IMG/VR virus record: IMGVR_UViG_2671180029_000001
Reading direction: 5' to 3' (one strand)
From: a virus
Lineage: Duplodnaviria > Caudoviricetes
DNA length: 64,000 bases
This document shows, piece after piece, positions 9,301-17,896 of this stretch; within the stretch, counting starts at the first letter, position 1; every line of letters starts with the position of its first letter. Under the pieces are notes generated by a model, which saw only the letters and a program-made list of their open reading frames with translations, was not told where the DNA came from and ran no database searches. Position numbers and translations under genes: made by a program.

Positions 9301-10612
9301 CCCGCTCTTTTGCCTCAGCCTTGAGTTGTTGCAAAACCTCTCTTGGCAATTCAGGTTTGGAAGTTGGCGTAACAATGCTCTTAATTTTTTCCGGTGCGAT
9401 TAGCGTGGTATCTATTGGCGCCGGTTTCGGCAAAACTTCTTTATCAAGATAATCAACTAATCCACTTAATGCTTTGGGGCCGGTTGGCAAGAAATCCAGG
9501 AATGAATCGATAGCACCGCCGACAAATGGTAATTGTTTGGTTTTAGCAACCAGCCTACCCACTGCATCGGTGGATCTATCAACCACAGATACAAATTTAG
9601 TGACAAAATCAATGCCACTGGAAAATACGTCAATTAATCCAAGCCTGCCGATGGAAAGCTTCAAATCAAACAAGGAATTATCCATGCGATTGACTTGCGC
9701 ATTCAATCCCTTGGCTGCTTCGCTTGACTGGGGCCCAAACGTTCTTTGCCATTCAGCAGCTAGTTTGGGCAACAAGTCAGCAGCAAGAAGCTCGCCTTTC
9801 TGCAACATGCTGCTTAATTCTTGTCCGGTAACGCCTAAAGCTCTGGATACGGTATTGAACGTACCCGGCACCCGTTCCGCTATTTGTAACAGTTCTTCAG
9901 TGGAGACCTTATTTTTTGAGATGATTTGCTGGACAGCGGTTAACACGCCGCCGGTATTGTCAGCGGATAATCCCAGAACCGTTGCAGCTTGCGCAACACC
10001 GATAAATATATCGCGGGTTGCCTGACCTTCTAATTGAGTACCTTTTGAAGCAGCGGTAAGTTTTGCGTATTGTTCTGCGGTAGATGAAAACTGTAAACCA
10101 AGCCTATCCGATTCTTCACGCAGGAATGCTATCTCTTTAGTTGCAGCCTGAACTGATCCGGTTCCGAGGATTAAAGAATTGGTGAACCTTTCATTTGCAA
10201 TTGAGGCATCCAGAATTGCGCGACCGCCACCAATCACACCATGGAACGATACATAAGCCGCAGCAATGCCAATAATTTGAGTTTTGAGCGTACCAATAAC
10301 ATCGATATTACTTTTTGCAGCAGATCTGGCTTTATCGAATGCATCGATCTGCCTGATGCTGGCATTTACTGATTCCCTTTGACTTGCATTTAATTTGAGT
10401 TGTGCAGCATCGTAAGATAGTAATTGCGCCCGAGTGAAACCCAATGTTTCCGCTTGTCGCTTCAGGCTGGCTACAAAATTATCCCCTTGCAGACCCATCC
10501 CGCCCAGGCTATCGGCGGCTCTTTTGGCGCTATCTGCAATATCATCCAGAGTACGCTTGACGGTTTTTCCGCCGCGCTCATTGATGACGATATCGTAATT
10601 TTCGGTAGTCAC
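6308..10612 (-). CDS. Tape measure protein
   Basis: 1434 aa, Ala/Gly/Leu-rich helical protein with tape-measure N-terminal region, downstream of tail chaperones. Confidence 0.9.
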   Translation of the reverse strand: MTTENYDIVINERGGKTVKRTLDDIADSAKRAADSLGGMGLQGDNFVASLKRQAETLGFTRAQLLSYDAAQLKLNASQRESVNASIRQIDAFDKARSAAKSNIDVIGTLKTQIIGIAAAYVSFHGVIGGGRAILDASIANERFTNSLILGTGSVQAATKEIAFLREESDRLGLQFSSTAEQYAKLTAASKGTQLEGQATRDIFIGVAQAATVLGLSADNTGGVLTAVQQIISKNKVSTEELLQIAERVPGTFNTVSRALGVTGQELSSMLQKGELLAADLLPKLAAEWQRTFGPQSSEAAKGLNAQVNRMDNSLFDLKLSIGRLGLIDVFSSGIDFVTKFVSVVDRSTDAVGRLVAKTKQLPFVGGAIDSFLDFLPTGPKALSGLVDYLDKEVLPKPAPIDTTLIAPEKIKSIVTPTSKPELPREVLQQLKAEAKERERLSLQRQNDAKREVDSAQKVIDSLKLESKEIGLNAIQRKMLAAANAASKAPNEKLRLEIMASANAYAQLSQKQETALALEKDLQRVKSLTESVASPQERLAATTQELDRLRQAGLSQETYNRVLAKTNDELFKVKETGRDVFGSLDQFAIQGARNIQTSLANFLFNPFDDGLEGMVRGVADAVRRMIAEFAAFKILQSSGISSLFNSGFGGGASSSGNSAANFLNIASLGNSLKSGLRSGFGIPSLVGRGLSMLPGSVGAFGAGLAGTGAGVFSAAGGAGTAFIGGAGTAIGGSGMGAAAGLGSSVAAAAGPLAVAAIADVVFRMLAGNKSTGSKIIDSIPVIGSLGALLFGHGPLKFRQEALIGKASGEGFDGRVTDVFRAKGGLFVGNKHREQASPNEAAFLDLFDNTLKGFGTSVKGFADNLGLSTDSVTNFSKEIDLRSEKGKRLTEEAIQELLDNLGNEIAGGVLAQIDVIAKSGETNIQTLSRLSAEFDVLNTAALSTGRSLKEARDAILSLPATFRTEVVDQLGGVDAAGQKIGFFIDNFVDDSTKFKVMFEDLSIQMNKLGFSASITRDEFTKLVQSVGAVGGVTKDQYIGLLDVIEKFDNVDKLRTKLNQSTNSLVENERSLLDIRNELTSTYQKERSELEGTISKFKDLAGQLRDFRQSLLLGELSPLTPRQKLDEARQQFNEVRLKAATGDQNALAKLPNVAQEFLKASQTYNASSAAFVSDFNLVQSVLKNAEGVALSQVDITTQQLKALDDSVGNLVDINQNTKTTADMVKELVATSLKGAGNPSISTQTIKDYLAANPGLTPQQVGTKAAEFGVSSGQLSAAGYDISKLNQSLGGASVTDKQIIDFVNANRNNPMAIYNAARANGISSRRLSSVSGISLTDIEKFVRDNGLQSFARGTDFIQKSGLAMVHRAEAIVPSSTTDEIRKLREEIVQLRQEQNEQTGDMIAATDITNKQNAKVIAEALIEVENRRQWNESREPKIA

Positions 10613-10615
10613 TTT

Positions 10616-11062
10616 TTAGGTTCGCTTTAGTAGGGAAGCTTCAACGCCTGTTTCAGTTGCAATTCCATCCCTTATGGCCTGCTCAATGAATCCCGCAGCT
10701 GCTTGCGGAGAATGACCTTTATTAAGATCGTCGATATACGGGAGGTTGATATTGATGTGAATTTCTTGACCAAACTCTCTGCCTTGCAGTGCACTTTCAG
10801 CTTGCGCAATTGCGGCCTGAGCATTCGCTCCGGCTGTGCTTCCCTTTTTTCCTGCAAAGTATGGTGCTTGAATTTCTGAGGCGGATGATTCTCCGACAGT
10901 TACCACCACAGAGGATTTGGCGCGACCTGTATCGACCGGCATAGCTTTTACAATGAGAGCATCAATAGCAAGAGCGACACGAATGGTTTTTTTATTCTGA
11001 TTAACCAAAATCGTGTCGCCGTGTTCCCTCAGTTTCTTTGATAAATCACCGAAGTCAGCCAT
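10616..11062 (-). CDS. HK97 gp10-like tail completion protein
   Basis: MPVDTGRAKSS and NLPYIDDLNKGHSPQAAAGFIE motifs. Confidence 0.7.
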   Translation of the reverse strand: MADFGDLSKKLREHGDTILVNQNKKTIRVALAIDALIVKAMPVDTGRAKSSVVVTVGESSASEIQAPYFAGKKGSTAGANAQAAIAQAESALQGREFGQEIHININLPYIDDLNKGHSPQAAAGFIEQAIRDGIATETGVEASLLKRT

Positions 11063-11829
11063 TTACTTGCTTTTCCTTTTCGCTTCAGCCCATTCACGAT
11101 AAGCCGAATCAAGCTCGTTAATGTGATATTCAATGTCATCACGTTGAGCTTGATCCGTAATTCCTATCCGATCGCAATATTCCATGATGGTCATCCATGA
11201 AATGCTGCCTATCCCCCCGAAACTTGCAGTGCGGCATGTATCAAGCCGGTGAAACGCAACTAAAAACAACTCAAGTCCGCGCAGTAAAACAGGTGCATTC
11301 TTTATTGCTTTAGGAAGCTCCCTACCCTCCCTTACGCACTGTTCAATAATTGTTTTTTCTGATTTGCCCTGCTTTAGCGTGTAAAGCAGGACATCTGCTA
11401 GTTTTTTGCGTCTGCTTCCCGGTCTGCGATCCGGAACAATTGCATTTTGTTGGTCTGAATCTGAAAATCAGTGAACAAGTCAGGCAAATCAGCGAACGCA
11501 TTAATCACGTTTTCTTCGGTGTATGGCAGTATTGATCCGTCAGGACCTTCTATCCCTTGCTTCCATTTGCCTTTTTCATCCTGAACTTCCCAGTTCAGAA
11601 CAACCGCTTTTGCGTAGAGTCGGCGATTAATTTCACGCTCTTTTTCCACCGGCAAAATTTCTTGTTCAATCAAACGTCGAACCGGTTTGGTGAGAAATTC
11701 ATGAGTGCGCACGAATTTACTGTTTGAACTACCGGCGCGCGCTGCGGTTATGCGGAATGTGCCGTAGTCCAACGTAATACCTTTCTTTTCTAATTCCTTG
11801 TCAGTGCCGAATTGTTTGTACATGCTCAT
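11063..11829 (-). CDS. Tail assembly chaperone G-T (-1 frameshift product)
   Basis: The -1 frame is open from the A AAA AAC heptamer through 11063 (KKLADVLLYTLKQ...AKRKSK). Confidence 0.7.
11398..11829 (-). CDS. Tail assembly chaperone G
   Basis: Start MSMYKQ at 11829 after GGGAGA RBS; lies between tail tube and tape measure genes. Confidence 0.75.
   Translation of the reverse strand: MSMYKQFGTDKELEKKGITLDYGTFRITAARAGSSNSKFVRTHEFLTKPVRRLIEQEILPVEKEREINRRLYAKAVVLNWEVQDEKGKWKQGIEGPDGSILPYTEENVINAFADLPDLFTDFQIQTNKMQLFRIADREADAKN
11401..11407 (-). other. -1 ribosomal frameshift slippery heptamer A AAA AAC
   Basis: GCA AAA AAC TAG at the end of chaperone G. Confidence 0.75.
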
Positions 11830-11939
11830 GATTATTTCTCCCGATAAGCAAAAACTACCAAAAACTACAATTAATAAATATGCCGCGATATGGGGGTTAC
11901 ACGCTAAGAACAGTATTAGTCCCATATCCAGCATGCTTG

Positions 11940-13481
11940 TTATACCTCTGCCACGTCCGGCAAGTAATCAAAGAACGTGATTGATGCCGTGTAATCCAGA
12001 TCAGGCGAGATACTTGCCGCCGTTGCCGCATCCATGGTTAATGGCAATTTCACCGCCTCATCCAGCTGAATATTCGGGTTTCCACCGCCAAGCGATATCA
12101 GTGGAAGATCAATTGCAAAACCGGCATTGTCTTTCACCACAATTGCGTCGATCGTGATATCTTCGTTATTGCGGATTGAATTAATGGCTTCGATGTCGGT
12201 AAAGTAAGCTGTCACATCACCAGTAACCGCGAAGGTTCCGGCGGAGATATCAAATGCCCCCAGAACGCCTACAGCTTTGGCTGGTTTATGGTTGTTTGAT
12301 ATGGATAGATTTAAATCCGTAACGAATGAAAAGAATTTCGCTGCGGCCTCATCTGTATTAGAAACCTTTGCCATCTTGATGCGCTTCACATCCGAGCTGG
12401 TGTTATAAGCATCAGAATCTTCCAACGTTGGCCGGTTACCCGATTTCAATCCAACGGTGCTTGCTCTGGTTTCGGAATCGGTAGCAATGAAACTGATGTT
12501 GTTAGTAATCTTTGTGGCGGTACCGATGCTGATATCGAGTTTGTCTGCCAAACATCCTTTCATGTACAACGCCTGGATTTGTGAAGGCTGAGCGGTATCC
12601 GGAGCGCCTAGTGATAATTCAAGCTGGTATGTTTTACGAACGATATTCACACCGGTTTCATTTTGCAATTTGCGTCCAAAATAAATCCGAACAGTTTTGC
12701 TGGTACCCGCATCCGTGACCATGGTGCTGTCAGATTTATCCAGCTCTAAAAAATCTGGATCAATTAAGCGGATTCTCTTAAATCCGGAATTAACCGCATT
12801 CAATGGATTCTGAGCTTCTTCGTCGCCGCCAATATAAATCCATTCGCCAACTGTGAGTCCTAACGTTGACATATCGAAGGCAGCAGATACCAGCTTTGGC
12901 AATGATCCGCTGACGTCCACAGTAATGTCCCCGGATGCGAATTGATGACCGACCACAACCAGCTTACTATCCGCAGGCGGAGAAGCTTCAGTAGTCAATG
13001 TTTCTGCCACAGCAATGGATACATCAGGATCAACCGCCGTTACGCGATGCAATCCGCTGTTACTTGCATTTGTAAATTTGGAACCGAAAACAAGGGATCC
13101 GACCAGGAATCCGGTAGTGCTAGCAAGTTCGTAAGTATCGTCCCCTGCCTGCACGGTTACAGAAGGAATATCGGTTCTTTCGGCTTTGGTCCGGTAATTG
13201 GCATAAAACACGCCTTTTAACAACTCTTGGAAGTTAGTTTGGGTGAAATCCGAACCGAAGCTTGCGGACGCTTCCAGATCAGTTACAACACCTTTTTTAC
13301 GCTGGCGCCCGTCAGTAATCGGGTTACGAACCAGAGTCGTGATTTTGGATCCAATATCACCATAATCGTTGGGTTCGGCTGGCACCCAGTTTGGCGTGAC
13401 TGGCAACACATTGATGCTTTCTTCTTCAGCTATCCTAAGCCCCGTGATATTGCTATCGATCTTATTTACATTTGTTGCCAT
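11940..13481 (-). CDS. Major tail tube protein
   Basis: 513 aa, begins KIDSNITGLRIAEEES; precedes the chaperones. Confidence 0.8.
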   Translation of the reverse strand: MATNVNKIDSNITGLRIAEEESINVLPVTPNWVPAEPNDYGDIGSKITTLVRNPITDGRQRKKGVVTDLEASASFGSDFTQTNFQELLKGVFYANYRTKAERTDIPSVTVQAGDDTYELASTTGFLVGSLVFGSKFTNASNSGLHRVTAVDPDVSIAVAETLTTEASPPADSKLVVVGHQFASGDITVDVSGSLPKLVSAAFDMSTLGLTVGEWIYIGGDEEAQNPLNAVNSGFKRIRLIDPDFLELDKSDSTMVTDAGTSKTVRIYFGRKLQNETGVNIVRKTYQLELSLGAPDTAQPSQIQALYMKGCLADKLDISIGTATKITNNISFIATDSETRASTVGLKSGNRPTLEDSDAYNTSSDVKRIKMAKVSNTDEAAAKFFSFVTDLNLSISNNHKPAKAVGVLGAFDISAGTFAVTGDVTAYFTDIEAINSIRNNEDITIDAIVVKDNAGFAIDLPLISLGGGNPNIQLDEAVKLPLTMDAATAASISPDLDYTASITFFDYLPDVAEV

Positions 13482-13501
13482 TTTTCAGCACCTCCACTTG
13501 A

Positions 13502-13924
13502 TTAAATAACTTCGTCGTATTCAAACTGAACAAACACGCATATCAAGAACCAGTCCCCGTGATTTCCCATCTCTTTGAGCTGGATCGATCGGAACACAAC
13601 TCCGTCAATGGTTTTCCCCAAGAAAGCAAGCTCTACACTCCTGGCCAATGTGTAGGCTTCCTCAGTACCGGATCCAATGCGCACATAGATTTCACAGTTA
13701 AACCGGCCTTTTCTTCCCCAAAGTTTTTTTCCATCAGCCCCCGCAAGACTTAATTGTTTCCCGGCTTCATGAACAATATTTACGAATGCCCAAGGATTCG
13801 TTTGTTTGATTGGTTCTACTTCAGGGGTCTTCCCTGGCCAGACAGCCGGATAGCTCGCATTGACTGACCAGGCAGCATTGAAAGCTCCGAATATCGCGTC
13901 AGCAGCTTGCTGTTGCGTGGTCAT
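13502..13924 (-). CDS. Tail terminator-like protein
   Basis: Size, position, WAFVNIVH...FQVEY pattern of connector proteins. Confidence 0.55.
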   Translation of the reverse strand: MTTQQQAADAIFGAFNAAWSVNASYPAVWPGKTPEVEPIKQTNPWAFVNIVHEAGKQLSLAGADGKKLWGRKGRFNCEIYVRIGSGTEEAYTLARSVELAFLGKTIDGVVFRSIQLKEMGNHGDWFLICVFVQFEYDEVI

Positions 13925-14334
13925 CAGCTCTCAACCCCGATGTAATAAAGCAGCGTTGTGTCAGCCGGTTTAAGCTTTTCAATAAAACTGATCTTCGATT
14001 CCTGATCGCCATCAATCACGACATGGTATTGATCGAAATCTTCCGGGGTATCCTCGCCCGGCTCGGCAATAAAAACGCTCTTGGTATTCTTGTAGAGTTC
14101 GATTGTTTCGCTGCGAATACCTAGACTACTGGCCGATGAAAGCGGAATATTCACAGCTGAAATGGTTGTGCGGATCGTATTCTCAGGATCGCGCGGATTG
14201 GTAGCGCTTCGCCAAGGTTTACCTTCGATCGCGCTATCCGGATCAAGGGTTGATAGCGTGATTTGTCGGCCTTTAGCTCGTATTCTTGCCTTGACCTTGG
14301 CTAATCTGGCAGCGTAATCCATCACACATAACAA
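13924..14334 (-). CDS. Head closure (stopper)-like protein
   Basis: Position after the adaptor; KLKPADTTLLYYI ending. Confidence 0.5.
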   Translation of the reverse strand: MLCVMDYAARLAKVKARIRAKGRQITLSTLDPDSAIEGKPWRSATNPRDPENTIRTTISAVNIPLSSASSLGIRSETIELYKNTKSVFIAEPGEDTPEDFDQYHVVIDGDQESKISFIEKLKPADTTLLYYIGVES

Positions 14335-14837
14335 GTGGCGCCGCCACTGCTTTTAACAAAAACAGACATTAACGAATCGGCTTTGGGGTATGGCCGTGCT
14401 AATAAATATCCGGCTTGGTATTTTTTGGTTTCCGTTAAAGGTCCGGTGCCTTCGGATTCTTCAATCAAGATTCTCCCGCTGCTATCAACAATAGGATTGG
14501 GCATCAGAATTTGAGATAATGAGATCAGAGCATATTCACAGGTAGCTATTCTTAGTTCTTTTGGTGTTCCGGAAAGCAGCCTACCCTCTTCGTCATAAAT
14601 ATTGATCCTGGGGAATAATAAAGCTTGTGTATCGGGAAATTGCAATCTCCCTTTCAGATTTCCGCGCCATCTGATCTCGATGTATTCCGTTCCGGCTCTC
14701 ATGGCAGCTTCTTTCACCTCACCGCTGCCAGACCAAGCTGAGATTCCAAGGGCGGCAAAATGGGCATCAGCATTTTCAACGCTTTCGTATGAGTTAGCGT
14801 CTGCCATGCCGGTGCCATCTTCGACTATGAAAGCCAT
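14322..14837 (-). CDS. Head-tail adaptor (DnaT-like family)
   Basis: MAFIVEDGTGMADANSY...QALLFPR motif. Confidence 0.7.
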   Translation of the reverse strand: MAFIVEDGTGMADANSYESVENADAHFAALGISAWSGSGEVKEAAMRAGTEYIEIRWRGNLKGRLQFPDTQALLFPRINIYDEEGRLLSGTPKELRIATCEYALISLSQILMPNPIVDSSGRILIEESEGTGPLTETKKYQAGYLLARPYPKADSLMSVFVKSSGGATCYV

Positions 14838-14842
14838 TGTGA

Positions 14843-15445
14843 TTATTTAGCGGATGTTGTCCGAACAGAACGAGGATCCTGTTTTCGGCCAGAACCGCCC
14901 TTTTGATCGATCGGCGCACGGGTCTCAAGCGCCTTAATCAATTCATCCGGATCAAGTCCGCGTTCCAGCATTGCCTTCTTTTTCTCAGCTTTTTCTTCAC
15001 GCTTGCGATTCTGGCGGGTGAGATAAAATTGAATTTCAGACATTGGATTTTTATCCACCAGACTGCTTTCCTCAATAATCAGCGCATCCAACGCTTTGGT
15101 TCTTTCAGAAACGATCGTTTTGATACGCTCTTGTGCCTGCAATGCTTCATCAAGTGCATCCTGAGCACGAGATTTACGAGCAGGAAGAGACATATCCAAT
15201 TGCTTTGCTTTTTCTGCTTCATCTGCGAGACGTTTTGCTTCGGCATCTGCCTGGGCTGCTGCAGCGTCAGACTTGGATTTTTCTTCAACTGCTTTCGCAT
15301 CCGCTTCTGCTTTAGCTTTTGCAGCTGCTTCATCCGCCAATCCCTTTGCTTCCGCTTCAAGTGCCGAGGATTGCTCGGCAGTTGCCGAACTCTTTGTATC
15401 TTCTTGAGTTAAGACTGGATCTTGATTACTTGTGGTTTTCGCCAT
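14843..15445 (-). CDS. Ala/Lys/Glu-rich hypothetical virion-module protein
   Basis: 200 aa ORF collinear with head genes. Confidence 0.5.
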   Translation of the reverse strand: MAKTTSNQDPVLTQEDTKSSATAEQSSALEAEAKGLADEAAAKAKAEADAKAVEEKSKSDAAAAQADAEAKRLADEAEKAKQLDMSLPARKSRAQDALDEALQAQERIKTIVSERTKALDALIIEESSLVDKNPMSEIQFYLTRQNRKREEKAEKKKAMLERGLDPDELIKALETRAPIDQKGGSGRKQDPRSVRTTSAK

Positions 15446-15447
15446 GA

Positions 15448-15966
15448 TTAGTCATCTCCCAGAACGGTATATAAGACTTCCATGTGGCCGTTCAGCAGCA
15501 AATCGACCTCACCGGAAATGGCCGCATCATCTATCAGAACGTTGGCATAGAACTGAAGATCATTGGCTGTATTGTCATGAATCACGCCATTGCTTGCTGT
15601 TGCGGATACCAGCCGGACAACTGGTGAAACTTTACTGGTTGCAGCCCCCAGGGAAGTGCTTGCCACAAGGTTAATTTCCGATCCCGATAAGGATCCATCT
15701 GCATCAGATCCAGTGCCGATCGAAATATCGCCATCGAATGTGGCTGTCAGATCGGCATCAGAGCTCGATAACTGCACATAACCAGCAGCGCCGTGAATAA
15801 GAACATTTCCTTCCGGCAATTTGAACAATGCAGCGCTACCGAAACCAGGTGCACCATCTTCAACCGTGATTTCAAGATCCTTGAATTCAAATTTTTGCCG
15901 TATGAAATTTTGCCGTTTGCCCCCGGCTAAAGGGCGACGCTCACTGCGTCTTACGCCTTTAGTCAT
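15448..15966 (-). CDS. Capsid decoration/cement-like protein
   Basis: Beta-rich 172 aa directly after the major capsid gene. Confidence 0.5.
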   Translation of the reverse strand: MTKGVRRSERRPLAGGKRQNFIRQKFEFKDLEITVEDGAPGFGSAALFKLPEGNVLIHGAAGYVQLSSSDADLTATFDGDISIGTGSDADGSLSGSEINLVASTSLGAATSKVSPVVRLVSATASNGVIHDNTANDLQFYANVLIDDAAISGEVDLLLNGHMEVLYTVLGDD

Positions 15967-15970
15967 GGGA

Positions 15971-16996
15971 TTAAGCCTCGCGTGTGATTAATCGAGCGAT
16001 GTGAACTTGCTTGCGTTCCGGCCATACTCTTGACCATGAACCGGCATTTGCCAGGTCGTTGCTGGCAGCAGTATTGCCTGGGCCACCCGATGGCGCGGTG
16101 CCAACATATGCGCAACCAGCCGGATGAATAATCCATTCCCAACGGTGGTGTAATGTTTCCATACCAGCACCGTTACCGGCTGCGGCAACGCGATCAGATT
16201 CAAGCGGAACCTTTGGCAAACCTTGCCCGAATCGGAAACTCCCGCGCCCGAATAACCAGGACTCGAAAACGCCCGAGCTTGCAGGCATGGAATCATCGAC
16301 GATTACGACCATCCCGTTAAATACCGGAATGTTATAAACACCCTGGGAATCAGGGATCATATCGATGAGATTGTTCTTCTGCATGCGGCCATAAACAATG
16401 GAATGAACGCTAATGAGGCCAAGCTCATCCATGCTATCGCCCATGGTCAATTTGGCATCAATCACGGCTTCTGCGGATAAATTTGTAACACCATCACTAT
16501 AAGACGAACCGCTAATGTCCACGGTCATGTCGTTTTGAGTGTGTGTATCTGTTCCGGTAGGACTCGCCGCGTTATCCGCCAACAATCCTTTAACAACAGC
16601 GATAAACGTGCCTTGCAACCGTCGATTTTTATAATCAGCCACACGATTAACAACTGAAAGCATTGGATCGGCACCAGCCAGATCACCCGCCAAATCCATC
16701 GATGACCATGATTTGTTTCGAGACAAGCGGACTTGTATTTCTTTCGATGTTGATACTTTTGAAGGAGTGGCTAACACTGCTTCGTTATCAGAAGAAACGT
16801 TGTCATCATCATCTGGAAGATCACGGAATGAGGGCTCGTTGAAGGTATTTCCACCACCCAACAATACTAAATCCAACTGAGCGTCAGGAACGAGGATTCC
16901 TGATTGAATCAGGCGTGATTTAACGGTGGTTTGTTGTTGAACGTACGGCAGGAATATTTCTGGTTTGACGAGATCGGCTACTTTTGTAATGGCCAT
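15971..16996 (-). CDS. Major capsid protein
   Basis: 341 aa, TKVADLVKPEIFLPYV start, GGGNTFNEPSF, SRVWPERKQVHIARLIT end. Confidence 0.85.
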   Translation of the reverse strand: MAITKVADLVKPEIFLPYVQQQTTVKSRLIQSGILVPDAQLDLVLLGGGNTFNEPSFRDLPDDDDNVSSDNEAVLATPSKVSTSKEIQVRLSRNKSWSSMDLAGDLAGADPMLSVVNRVADYKNRRLQGTFIAVVKGLLADNAASPTGTDTHTQNDMTVDISGSSYSDGVTNLSAEAVIDAKLTMGDSMDELGLISVHSIVYGRMQKNNLIDMIPDSQGVYNIPVFNGMVVIVDDSMPASSGVFESWLFGRGSFRFGQGLPKVPLESDRVAAAGNGAGMETLHHRWEWIIHPAGCAYVGTAPSGGPGNTAASNDLANAGSWSRVWPERKQVHIARLITREA

Positions 16997-17239
16997 TTCT
17001 GAATCTCCATAGCTTAAAGTTGTTAACTCGAAGCAGGCTCACTATGGAGACTGGCTTCACGAATAATGAATGCATCTCATGATGCGTGAAGCACTTCAGC
17101 CAGCTGAGTCATCTCATCACGATCAAACTCAACCAACCGATTCGCTGTAAATATTAATACTGTTTTTTTAATTTATCAATATATTTCATGTGTAATACGT
17201 TATTGATTAGTATTTAACATGATTTAAAGTTGATAATTG

Positions 17240-17268
17240 TTGACACAGAATTATCGTAAGTGTATGAT
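17240..17268 (+). promoter_or_regulatory. Sigma70 promoter of the inverted island
   Basis: TTGACA-N17-TATGAT. Confidence 0.7.
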
Positions 17269-17349
17269 TATTAATATAAGTTAATCATTTTTTAACTTAA
17301 AAGCCAAGAGTTACCGGCTTGACGGATTCAAGAATAATAGGAGAAAACA

Positions 17350-17673
17350 ATGCTAACTAATGACGAAGCAAAAATGATCGCGGCAACAATTTTAAAACAA
17401 CTCGGCGGCGGTCGCTTCCGCGCGATGACCGGAGCTAGAGAATTATTTGCGCACAATGAAGGATCAGGAGGTTGCTCTTTCAAGTTACCTCGAATCCCAG
17501 GAGTAAAGATCAATTACGTTAAAATCATTTTGAATGCCAATGATTTGTATGACGTAACTTTCGGCAGAATCTTCAAAGACGAATACAAAGTTATCAGCGA
17601 ATTTAAGGATGTCTACAACGATCAGCTGATTGGTTTGTTTGAAGATGAAACAGGTCTGGCCACTTCACTGTAA
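17350..17673 (+). CDS. Conserved hypothetical phage protein
   Basis: GGAG RBS; QLGGGRFRAMTGA motif. Confidence 0.7.
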   Translation: MLTNDEAKMIAATILKQLGGGRFRAMTGARELFAHNEGSGGCSFKLPRIPGVKINYVKIILNANDLYDVTFGRIFKDEYKVISEFKDVYNDQLIGLFEDETGLATSL

Positions 17674-17685
17674 TCGAGGGATAGA

Positions 17686-17883
17686 GTGAGAAACGGAACG
17701 AGGGTACAAACAAAATTCGGTGCCGGAACGGTTGTCGGAAAAGAGCCAATTTTCAATTGGTATCGAATTATTGTGGATCTTGACCCAGAACATACTTGGT
17801 CAATCAAAAATGAAAAAGCAGCATTTTTAGTAAAAGATTTAAAGATTCTTTCGCAAACCGACCCGGCGGATCCGGGAAACTAA
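17686..17883 (+). CDS. Small hypothetical protein (possibly SH3-like)
   Basis: GTG start after GAGG, collinear in operon. Confidence 0.5.
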   Translation: MRNGTRVQTKFGAGTVVGKEPIFNWYRIIVDLDPEHTWSIKNEKAAFLVKDLKILSQTDPADPGN

Positions 17884-17896
17884 TTAGGGAACAACT

